A DNA stretch of 64,000 nt, taken from positions 42,036,001 to 42,100,000 of the forward strand of contig OZ024744.1 in assembly GCA_964016885.1 (NCBI GenBank). The letters run 5' to 3'. The position numbers and the translations under genes are program-made. Source of the DNA: Eledone cirrhosa (lineage: Eukaryota). This document shows, piece by piece, positions 1 through 12,400 of the stretch (position 1 is the first letter of the stretch; each line of letters begins with the position of its first letter). The notes beneath the pieces were generated by a model, which saw only the letters and a program-made list of their open reading frames with translations, was not told the DNA's origin and did no database searches.

Positions 1-596
1 CACATCATGGTACGACAACCAGAGATATCAGAGTGTCATGTTTGTGGACGGACGCCACCCCTGGAGGGAAATTAGCTAACCAGTGTAGAAAGGCCCTGAG
101 AAAGACCCACTTAAAAATAAAGGTGGTAGAAAAGCCAGGAACCACCATAAAATCCCTGATCAGCAAAACCTACCCTTTTAAGAAAACCCACTGTACCAAT
201 AGGAAATGTATCATATGTAAGGTGAACCCCCGGATAAACTGTAAAACTAGAAACGTAGTCTATAGCATAAGATGTACAGAGGGTACTTGCAGAAACACGA
301 CAACAACATACATAGGTGAGACAGCTCGTAGCATAGGTGAAAGGATAGACCAACACTGGGGGGAACTAAAAGGACGAAAAAACGGGTCAGTACTATACGA
401 ACATGCTAGACAACAACATGACGGTAACATAGACAACATAGAAATTAGAATAATATCTAAACATAGGAATGACCCAGCAGATAGGCAAATCAGAGAGGCC
501 AGTGAAATAGAAATTAGAAGACCAAAGCTAAACAGAAAGAATGAGTGGAACAACAACAACACCCAAACAAACAACACTGACCTAAGAGAAGTATAA
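1..596 (+). pseudogene. 3' part of PLE ORF (GIY-YIG endonuclease), copy 0, frameshifted
   Basis: GTGGACGGACGCC (4-bp duplication) near 45-57. Downstream frame encodes VVYSIRC...C...YIGETARS...H...H...E...LN. Confidence 0.9.
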
Positions 597-742
597 ATAA
601 ATAAGTAAATTAAATTAAATAAATAAAATAAGATAAATAAATACATACACAAGCACATAAACACACACTAGTCACCCAGCAGACACAACACTATACACAC
701 TAGTCACACTAGTCACACATAACACTATACACACACGCAAAC

Positions 743-834
743 GCATGCGCAAAGAAGACAAAATAAAATAAGATAAACAAACAAGCAAATAAATAAATAA
801 ATATATAGACAGACTGAACAAAAAAAAAATGGCG
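743..834 (+). promoter_or_regulatory. Candidate internal promoter motifs: NRF1-like GCATGCGCA and YY1-like AAAATGGCG, in every unit
   Basis: Motifs at 743-751 and 826-834. Both are retained in the diverged family copy (44008-44016, 44044-44052). Confidence 0.4.
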
Positions 835-865
835 TAGACATACAACACAACAGGAGGAACAATGA

Positions 866-922
866 ATATAACACCACTGACGATGTTGCAGATGTGCAAC
901 GAAAGATTTATGTAAATTATGT
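866..922 (+). ncRNA. Minimal type I hammerhead ribozyme motif in the inter-ORF region; also at ~5025, 9175, 13321, 17469, 21617, 25765 and 29911
   Basis: CTGACGA (877-883), T, stem II GTTGCA/TGCAAC, GAAA (901-904), loopless near-palindromic stem III AGATTT, UUA site. Proximal stem I is weak (2 bp, internal loop, then 6 bp). Confidence 0.7.
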
Positions 923-1108
923 AAACTATATATATGTGTGTTTGTCTATATTGTATCTGTATTATTTTTGACCGCCGGTCAGTCAATGGCAACATTGAGG
1001 ACCGAGTAAGTTAGATCGCAGATATATATATATAAAAGACAGCGAGAAGCGAAAACCAACCAAACAGTGAGTGTGTTCTGTTATTAATTCTGGCAATATT
1101 ACGCAAAT

Positions 1109-4100
1109 ATGACCCTCCCCAAATATAACAATATCTGTTTCGACACACGATTTCATATAAAAAACCTCGCAAAACTAATTCATCGCCGCTATGGCATTAG
1201 CTTGTGCCAAGCTGAAAGGTTATTGAAAGACACTGTTTTCTGTTATATAAAAACTACAATAACAACAGAACAAATCCGCTTCTTAAAACACTGTGTTTCC
1301 TCCAAAACATACACAACAAACATATCAAAACAAGTAAATAATTTATTATTGAACAAAACACAAGCTGAACGGCTAAAACACACAATAACAGTTAATATGA
1401 AAAGAACAACATACACAAAAGTCAACGCACTCTACAGACAAAAACGCATCAACGGTAAGGAAATCCGAAATCTCATCACAGCAAACGAGAGAGATGACTT
1501 CATGAGCGTCATCCGACGCGAAACGAAATATGCTCAAAACGAATGCTGTAGGCATTTCAAGAAGAAATTAGAATGGATGAATAAGAAAAAACTACAAGAA
1601 AGGAAAATCGAATATTCTCAAAAATACCCAGATAACATCGACAACATCCGTATGAGTGATGTAAAACTACCGGAAGAATTTACCAATGACCACACAGTAA
1701 ATATCTATGGGAACACTTTAATCAGTGAACAAGAACAACAAATCCTAAAGTTACCACCAAAATTTGCCATCTACAAAAAGATTAACCCTATGGAATGCAA
1801 AACGGAGCTGGAAAAGTGTTTCACAAAAATACGTTGGAATGCAAAGGTAAACAACAACAACAATAATAACGGTAGTAGTAATATAAACAATAACTCTGGG
1901 TATAGAAATAACAGCCATAACCATAACAATGGCAGGAAAGTGAGAAATAGTGATAATAGTAATAATACTAGCGATAGACAGAACAACAACAACCACAATA
2001 ATAATAATAATAGAAACGTTAACCACAGACACAGCAACAGTGACCACAGTAGTAATAACGGTAACAATACGAACAACAACAACAACAATAACCACAGTGG
2101 TAATAATGGAAATAGTACATGTAGCAACATCAACAAAAACAAGAAACATAATAATAGTAACAACCACAATGGTAGAAATAGCAGTAACAACAACAACAAT
2201 AACGGTGAAGTAAACAACAATACATCTAGCAATCATAACAATAATAATATTAATGCTAATGATAGAAACAACAACAACCACCATGATAACAATAATAGCA
2301 ACACACACAACTATGACGATAGAAATAACGACAACCCCTTAGAGAAACTATTTTTCAACCCAGCTGACAAAACATATAAGATGGGTAATATCTATCCTAC
2401 GAGGTTACCCTTTAATAAAAGAGTTTGCATACCACAGCAAATAGATGACGAGACGGAGGCACAGTTCACCATAGCTAGAAATAAGATTAGACAAGTAGTA
2501 GACAGGTACACTATGAGACAGAGCAGACCAGAGGCCCAACAACTTGGGATAAAACCTGTAGAAGGCTTGGTTAGCCTCAAGCAGCGCACAAGGGATGGTG
2601 AGGTAGTGTGTCTACCCACAGATAAGTCTGGTAGGATGTCAATAGATAGCATGCCGAACTACATCGAGGCAATGCAACCCCACATCACCAACACGAGCGA
2701 AGTTGCACAACTAACACACGATGGGAGAGAAAAAATCCTCAACGCTCACATGATGATGTGGACTGACATCCTAAAGCCAAGCAGACGCACTGCCAACAAC
2801 TTCCAGGCGTCTAACAATGGCATACCACCCTTGTATGGGCTCCGCAAAGACCACAAGACAGTCGACGACCCGACAACAGGACCACCAACAAGACCCGTAT
2901 GCGGAGCTAATATAGCTAGCAACTACAGGATCTCCTACTTCCTCTCAATGGTTATACGCCCCATAATCAAGATGTCCCCAGATGTATGTGAAAGTACAGA
3001 GGACCTCCTCAGCAGAATCAGTGAGTGCAACAAAAACAGGAGCCTATCCAACTGCATAATAGGCAGCATGGATGTGGTGTCACTGTACCCATCCATTAAC
3101 ATTGATTTTGCTGTGAAAAGATGTGTGGAGATGATCATTGAGAGTGAGGTGGAGTTCTGCGACGTCGACACAGACGAACTGGGCCTCCTACTTAGACTTA
3201 CCTACGACACTGACTACCTAGACAGCCATGACCTTAGATGTTTCTGCCCTAGTAGACCTATAAGAGGTAGACCCCCCACCATAACCTCAATGGCTAAAAA
3301 GACTCCCATAGGAAGGTGGATTGGGTGGACCAAAGCTATACGGACCCCCCAAAACACTGATCAGGTAAGAAAAATGGTCGCACATGCAATAGGGGCTAGT
3401 ATCAAAACTACCCTAAAGGGCCACATATTTAAGTTCAATGAGAAAATCTACACCCAAAATGAGGGAGCAGCCATCGGCGTCAGCATAGCTGGTGATGTTG
3501 CCAACCTTTTCATGGTATGGTGGGAAAGGAGACTTAAAGATCTCCTCCTTAATGAAAGCTCCATAGACCTCATCATGTACTCTCGTTATGTAGACGATAT
3601 CAATATAGTTATAAGAACACCCCCACTAGAGAGCACTAACAAGTTTGATTTAGAACGTAGCACGATGGAAAGCATCCAGCAGATAGCTAATTCCATACAC
3701 CAGAGTATAACTGTAACTATAGACTTCCCTTCCAAACACCCTAACAATAGACTACCTGTATTAGACACAGAACTCTGGATTAACACTATAGACGAGAGAG
3801 CCCAAATTCTCCACTCACACTATGCTAAACCCATGGCCTCCAAATACCTGATACTCAAAAACTCAGCAATGTCCAGTAGTGCTAAGTTTAATATTCTGAT
3901 CGCAGATTTGGTACGAGTGATGAAGAATGTGTCCAGCATGTGCGACCCAACAGAAATGGAAGGACACATCCAACACTTCATCAACCGCATGCAGTTCTCT
4001 GGCTACAACCAAAGAGACAGAGTCAGAGTATACGAAGGAGCCATGGAAAAGTATAAGACCCTCATAGAACTGGACATGAAAGGAATTTGCCCACTATACA

Positions 4101-4748
4101 GGAGCAAATCATGGAATAGCTTAGATAGGGCTAGACATAAGATAGGGAAGGCCACATCATGGTACGACAACCAGAGATATCAGAGTGTCATGTTTGTGGA
4201 CGGACGCCACCCCTGGAGGGAAATTAGCTAACCAGTGTAGAAAGGCCCTGAGAAAGACCCACTTAAAAATAAAGGTGGTAGAAAAGCCAGGAACCACCAT
4301 AAAATCCCTGATCAGCAAAACCTACCCTTTTAAGAAAACCCACTGTACCAATAGGAAATGTATCATATGTAAGGTGAACCCCCGGATAAACTGTAAAACT
4401 AGAAACGTAGTCTATAGCATAAGATGTACAGAGGGTACTTGCAGAAACACGACAACAACATACATAGGTGAGACAGCTCGTAGCATAGGTGAAAGGATAG
4501 ACCAACACTGGGGGGAACTAAAAGGACGAAAAAACGGGTCAGTACTATACGAACATGCTAGACAACAACATGACGGTAACATAGACAACATAGAAATTAG
4601 AATAATATCTAAACATAGGAATGACCCAGCAGATAGGCAAATCAGAGAGGCCAGTGAAATAGAAATTAGAAGACCAAAGCTAAACAGAAAGAATGAGTGG
4701 AACAACAACAACACCCAAACAAACAACACTGACCTAAGAGAAGTATAA
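1109..4748 (+). pseudogene. PLE RT-GIY-YIG ORF copy 1, split by a 4-bp duplication (1040-aa RT-only frame plus out-of-frame endonuclease)
   Basis: ORFs 1109..4231 and 4185..4748. GACG is duplicated at ~4200 relative to intact copies. Confidence 0.92.
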
Positions 4749-5260
4749 ATAAATAAGTAAATTAAATTAAATAAATAAAATAAGATAAATAAATACATAC
4801 ACAAGCACATAAACACACACTAGTCACCCAGCAGACACAACACTATACACACTAGTCACACTAGTCACACATAACACTATACACACACGCAAACGCATGC
4901 GCAAAGAAGACAAAATAAAATAAGATAAACAAACAAGCAAATAAATAAATAAATATATAGACAGACTGAACAAAAAAAAAATGGCGTAGACATACAACAC
5001 AACAGGAGGAACAATGAATATAACACCACTGACGATGTTGCAGATGTGCAACGAAAGATTTATGTAAATTATGTAAACTATATATATGTGTGTTTGTCTA
5101 TATTGTATCTGTATTATTTTTGACCGCCGGTCAGTCAATGGCAACATTGAGGACCGAGTAAGTTAGATCGCAGATATATATATATAAAAGACAGCGAGAA
5201 GCGAAAACCAACCAAACAGTGAGTGTGTTCTGTTATTAATTCTGGCAATATTACGCAAAT

Positions 5261-8200
5261 ATGACCCTCCCCAAATATAACAATATCTGTTTCGACACAC
5301 GATTTCATATAAAAAACCTCGCAAAACTAATTCATCGCCGCTATGGCATTAGCTTGTGCCAAGCTGAAAGGTTATTGAAAGACACTGTTTTCTGTTATAT
5401 AAAAACTACAATAACAACAGAACAAATCCGCTTCTTAAAACACTGTGTTTCCTCCAAAACATACACAACAAACATATCAAAACAAGTAAATAATTTATTA
5501 TTGAACAAAACACAAGCTGAACGGCTAAAACACACAATAACAGTTAATATGAAAAGAACAACATACACAAAAGTCAACGCACTCTACAGACAAAAACGCA
5601 TCAACGGTAAGGAAATCCGAAATCTCATCACAGCAAACGAGAGAGATGACTTCATGAGCGTCATCCGACGCGAAACGAAATATGCTCAAAACGAATGCTG
5701 TAGGCATTTCAAGAAGAAATTAGAATGGATGAATAAGAAAAAACTACAAGAAAGGAAAATCGAATATTCTCAAAAATACCCAGATAACATCGACAACATC
5801 CGTATGAGTGATGTAAAACTACCGGAAGAATTTACCAATGACCACACAGTAAATATCTATGGGAACACTTTAATCAGTGAACAAGAACAACAAATCCTAA
5901 AGTTACCACCAAAATTTGCCATCTACAAAAAGATTAACCCTATGGAATGCAAAACGGAGCTGGAAAAGTGTTTCACAAAAATACGTTGGAATGCAAAGGT
6001 AAACAACAACAACAATAATAACGGTAGTAGTAATATAAACAATAACTCTGGGTATAGAAATAACAGCCATAACCATAACAATGGCAGGAAAGTGAGAAAT
6101 AGTGATAATAGTAATAATACTAGCGATAGACAGAACAACAACAACCACAATAATAATAATAATAGAAACGTTAACCACAGACACAGCAACAGTGACCACA
6201 GTAGTAATAACGGTAACAATACGAACAACAACAACAACAATAACCACAGTGGTAATAATGGAAATAGTACATGTAGCAACATCAACAAAAACAAGAAACA
6301 TAATAATAGTAACAACCACAATGGTAGAAATAGCAGTAACAACAACAACAATAACGGTGAAGTAAACAACAATACATCTAGCAATCATAACAATAATAAT
6401 ATTAATGCTAATGATAGAAACAACAACAACCACCATGATAACAATAATAGCAACACACACAACTATGACGATAGAAATAACGACAACCCCTTAGAGAAAC
6501 TATTTTTCAACCCAGCTGACAAAACATATAAGATGGGTAATATCTATCCTACGAGGTTACCCTTTAATAAAAGAGTTTGCATACCACAGCAAATAGATGA
6601 CGAGACGGAGGCACAGTTCACCATAGCTAGAAATAAGATTAGACAAGTAGTAGACAGGTACACTATGAGACAGAGCAGACCAGAGGCCCAACAACTTGGG
6701 ATAAAACCTGTAGAAGGCTTGGTTAGCCTCAAGCAGCGCACAAGGGATGGTGAGGTAGTGTGTCTACCCACAGATAAGTCTGGTAGGATGTCAATAGATA
6801 GCATGCCGAACTACATCGAGGCAATGCAACCCCACATCACCAACACGAGCGAAGTTGCACAACTAACACACGATGGGAGAGAAAAAATCCTCAACGCTCA
6901 CATGATGATGTGGACTGACATCCTAAAGCCAAGCAGACGCACTGCCAACAACTTCCAGGCGTCTAACAATGGCATACCACCCTTGTATGGGCTCCGCAAA
7001 GACCACAAGACAGTCGACGACCCGACAACAGGACCACCAACAAGACCCGTATGCGGAGCTAATATAGCTAGCAACTACAGGATCTCCTACTTCCTCTCAA
7101 TGGTTATACGCCCCATAATCAAGATGTCCCCAGATGTATGTGAAAGTACAGAGGACCTCCTCAGCAGAATCAGTGAGTGCAACAAAAACAGGAGCCTATC
7201 CAACTGCATAATAGGCAGCATGGATGTGGTGTCACTGTACCCATCCATTAACATTGATTTTGCTGTGAAAAGATGTGTGGAGATGATCATTGAGAGTGAG
7301 GTGGAGTTCTGCGACGTCGACACAGACGAACTGGGCCTCCTACTTAGACTTACCTACGACACTGACTACCTAGACAGCCATGACCTTAGATGTTTCTGCC
7401 CTAGTAGACCTATAAGAGGTAGACCCCCCACCATAACCTCAATGGCTAAAAAGACTCCCATAGGAAGGTGGATTGGGTGGACCAAAGCTATACGGACCCC
7501 CCAAAACACTGATCAGGTAAGAAAAATGGTCGCACATGCAATAGGGGCTAGTATCAAAACTACCCTAAAGGGCCACATATTTAAGTTCAATGAGAAAATC
7601 TACACCCAAAATGAGGGAGCAGCCATCGGCGTCAGCATAGCTGGTGATGTTGCCAACCTTTTCATGGTATGGTGGGAAAGGAGACTTAAAGATCTCCTCC
7701 TTAATGAAAGCTCCATAGACCTCATCATGTACTCTCGTTATGTAGACGATATCAATATAGTTATAAGAACACCCCCACTAGAGAGCACTAACAAGTTTGA
7801 TTTAGAACGTAGCACGATGGAAAGCATCCAGCAGATAGCTAATTCCATACACCAGAGTATAACTGTAACTATAGACTTCCCTTCCAAACACCCTAACAAT
7901 AGACTACCTGTATTAGACACAGAACTCTGGATTAACACTATAGACGAGAGAGCCCAAATTCTCCACTCACACTATGCTAAACCCATGGCCTCCAAATACC
8001 TGATACTCAAAAACTCAGCAATGTCCAGTAGTGCTAAGTTTAATATTCTGATCGCAGATTTGGTACGAGTGATGAAGAATGTGTCCAGCATGTGCGACCC
8101 AACAGAAATGGAAGGACACATCCAACACTTCATCAACCGCATGCAGTTCTCTGGCTACAACCAAAGAGACAGAGTCAGAGTATACGAAGGAGCCATGGAA

Positions 8201-8900
8201 AAGTATAAGACCCTCATAGAACTGGACATGAAAGGAATTTGCCCACTATACAGGAGCAAATCATGGAATAGCTTAGATAGGGCTAGACATAAGATAGGGA
8301 AGGCCACATCATGGTACGACAACCAGAGATATCAGAGTGTCATGTTTGTGGACGGACGCCACCCCTGGAGGGAAATTAGCTAACCAGTGTAGAAAGGCCC
8401 TGAGAAAGACCCACTTAAAAATAAAGGTGGTAGAAAAGCCAGGAACCACCATAAAATCCCTGATCAGCAAAACCTACCCTTTTAAGAAAACCCACTGTAC
8501 CAATAGGAAATGTATCATATGTAAGGTGAACCCCCGGATAAACTGTAAAACTAGAAACGTAGTCTATAGCATAAGATGTACAGAGGGTACTTGCAGAAAC
8601 ACGACAACAACATACATAGGTGAGACAGCTCGTAGCATAGGTGAAAGGATAGACCAACACTGGGGGGAACTAAAAGGACGAAAAAACGGGTCAGTACTAT
8701 ACGAACATGCTAGACAACAACATGACGGTAACATAGACAACATAGAAATTAGAATAATATCTAAACATAGGAATGACCCAGCAGATAGGCAAATCAGAGA
8801 GGCCAGTGAAATAGAAATTAGAAGACCAAAGCTAAACAGAAAGAATGAGTGGAACAACAACAACACCCAAACAAACAACACTGACCTAAGAGAAGTATAA
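5261..8900 (+). pseudogene. PLE RT-GIY-YIG ORF copy 2, same 4-bp frameshift
   Basis: ORFs 5261..8383 and 8337..8900. GACG duplication at ~8352. Confidence 0.92.
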
Positions 8901-9410
8901 ATAAATAAGTAAATTAAATTAAATAAATAAAATAAGATAAATAAATACATACACAAGCACATAAACACACACTAGTCACCCAGCAGACACAACACTATAC
9001 ACACTAGTCACACATCACACATAACACTATACACACACGCAAACGCATGCGCAAAGAAGACAAAATAAAATAAGATAAACAAACAAGCAAATAAATAAAT
9101 AAATATATAGACAGACTGAACAAAAAAAAAATGGCGTAGACATACAACACAACAGGAGGAACAATGAATATAACACCACTGACGATGTTGCAGATGTGCA
9201 ACGAAAGATTTATGTAAATTATGTAAACTATATATATGTGTGTTTGTCTATATTGTATCTGTATTATTTTTGACCGCCGGTCAGTCAATGGCAACATTGA
9301 GGACCGAGTAAGTTAGATCGCAGATATATATATATAAAAGACAGCGAGAAGCGAAAACCAACCAAACAGTGAGTGTGTTCTGTTATTAATTCTGGCAATA
9401 TTACGCAAAT

Positions 9411-12400
9411 ATGACCCTCCCCAAATATAACAATATCTGTTTCGACACACGATTTCATATAAAAAACCTCGCAAAACTAATTCATCGCCGCTATGGCATT
9501 AGCTTGTGCCAAGCTGAAAGGTTATTGAAAGTCACTGTTTTCTGTTATATAAAAACTACAATAACAACAGAACAAATCCGCTTCTTAAAACACTGTGTTT
9601 CCTCCAAAACATACACAACAAACATATCAAAACAAGTAAATAATTTATTATTGAACAAAACACAAGCTGAACGGCTAAAACACACAATAACAGTTAATAT
9701 GAAAAGAACAACATACACAAAAGTCAACGCACTCTACAGACAAAAACGCATCAACGGTAAGGAAATCCGAAATCTCATCACAGCAAACGAGAGAGATGAC
9801 TTCATGAGCGTCATCCGACGCGAAACGAAATATGCTCAAAACGAATGCTGTAGGCATTTCAAGAAGAAATTAGAATGGATGAATAAGAAAAAACTACAAG
9901 AAAGGAAAATCGAATATTCTCAAAAATACCCAGATAACATCGACAACATCCGTATGAGTGATGTAAAACTACCGGAAGAATTTACCAATGACCACACAGT
10001 AAATATCTATGGGAACACTTTAATCAGTGAACAAGAACAACAAATCCTAAAGTTACCACCAAAATTTGCCATCTACAAAAAGATTAACCCTATGGAATGC
10101 AAAACGGAGCTGGAAAAGTGTTTCACAAAAATACGTTGGAATGCAAAGGTAAACAACAACAACAATAATAACGGTAGTAGTAATATAAACAATAACTCTG
10201 GGTATAGAAATAACAGCCATAACCATAACAATGGCAGGAAAGTGAGAAATAGTGATAATAGTAATAATACTAGCGATAGACAGAACAACAACAACCACAA
10301 TAATAATAATAATAGAAACGTTAACCACAGACACAGCAACAGTGACCACAGTAGTAATAACGGTAACAATACGAACAACAACAACAACAATAACCACAGT
10401 GGTAATAATGGAAATAGTACATGTAGCAACATCAACAAAAACAAGAAACATAATAATAGTAACAACCACAATGGTAGAAATAGCAGTAACAACAACAACA
10501 ATAACGGTGAAGTAAACAACAATACATCTAGCAATCATAACAATAATAATATTAATGCTAATGATAGAAACAACAACAACCACCATGATAACAATAATAG
10601 CAACACACACAACTATGACGATAGAAATAACGACAACCCCTTAGAGAAACTATTTTTCAACCCAGCTGACAAAACATATAAGATGGGTAATATCTATCCT
10701 ACGAGGTTACCCTTTAATAAAAGAGTTTGCATACCACAGCAAATAGATGACGAGACGGAGGCACAGTTCACCATAGCTAGAAATAAGATTAGACAAGTAG
10801 TAGACAGGTACACTATGAGACAGAGCAGACCAGAGGCCCAACAACTTGGGATAAAACCTGTAGAAGGCTTGGTTAGCCTCAAGCAGCGCACAAGGGATGG
10901 TGAGGTAGTGTGTCTACCCACAGATAAGTCTGGTAGGATGTCAATAGATAGCATGCCGAACTACATCGAGGCAATGCAACCCCACATCACCAACACGAGC
11001 GAAGTTGCACAACTAACACACGATGGGAGAGAAAAAATCCTCAACGCTCACATGATGATGTGGACTGACATCCTAAAGCCAAGCAGACGCACTGCCAACA
11101 ACTTCCAGGCGTCTAACAATGGCATACCACCCTTGTATGGGCTCCGCAAAGACCACAAGACAGTCGACGACCCGACAACAGGACCACCAACAAGACCCGT
11201 ATGCGGAGCTAATATAGCTAGCAACTACAGGATCTCCTACTTCCTCTCAATGGTTATACGCCCCATAATCAAGATGTCCCCAGATGTATGTGAAAGTACA
11301 GAGGACCTCCTCAGCAGAATCAGTGAGTGCAACAAAAACAGGAGCCTATCCAACTGCATAATAGGCAGCATGGATGTGGTGTCACTGTACCCATCCATTA
11401 ACATTGATTTTGCTGTGAAAAGATGTGTGGAGATGATCATTGAGAGTGAGGTGGAGTTCTGCGACGTCGACACAGACGAACTGGGCCTCCTACTTAGACT
11501 TACCTACGACACTGACTACCTAGACAGCCATGACCTTAGATGTTTCTGCCCTAGTAGACCTATAAGAGGTAGACCCCCCACCATAACCTCAATGGCTAAA
11601 AAGACTCCCATAGGAAGGTGGATTGGGTGGACCAAAGCTATACGGACCCCCCAAAACACTGATCAGGTAAGAAAAATGGTCGCACATGCAATAGGGGCTA
11701 GTATCAAAACTACCCTAAAGGGCCACATATTTAAGTTCAATGAGAAAATCTACACCCAAAATGAGGGAGCAGCCATCGGCGTCAGCATAGCTGGTGATGT
11801 TGCCAACCTTTTCATGGTATGGTGGGAAAGGAGACTTAAAGATCTCCTCCTTAATGAAAGCTCCATAGACCTCATCATGTACTCTCGTTATGTAGACGAT
11901 ATCAATATAGTTATAAGAACACCCCCACTAGAGAGCACTAACAAGTTTGATTTAGAACGTAGCACGATGGAAAGCATCCAGCAGATAGCTAATTCCATAC
12001 ACCAGAGTATAACTGTAACTATAGACTTCCCTTCCAAACACCCTAACAATAGACTACCTGTATTAGACACAGAACTCTGGATTAACACTATAGACGAGAG
12101 AGCCCAAATTCTCCACTCACACTATGCTAAACCCATGGCCTCCAAATACCTGATACTCAAAAACTCAGCAATGTCCAGTAGTGCTAAGTTTAATATTCTG
12201 ATCGCAGATTTGGTACGAGTGATGAAGAATGTGTCCAGCATGTGCGACCCAACAGAAATGGAAGGACACATCCAACACTTCATCAACCGCATGCAGTTCT
12301 CTGGCTACAACCAAAGAGACAGAGTCAGAGTATACGAAGGAGCCATGGAAAAGTATAAGACCCTCATAGAACTGGACATGAAAGGAATTTGCCCACTATA

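Noticed and set aside
969-1012. HDV-like or twister ribozyme in the array UTR
   Set aside because: Could not place the P1/P1.1/P3 or twister core residues. Only simple hairpins are supported.
1751-2308. Antisense Val/Ile- and Leu-rich ORFs (185 and 153 aa) repeated in each unit
   Set aside because: These are reverse-strand shadows of the (AAC/AAT)n Asn tract and the A/C-rich strand bias. There is no independent coding evidence.
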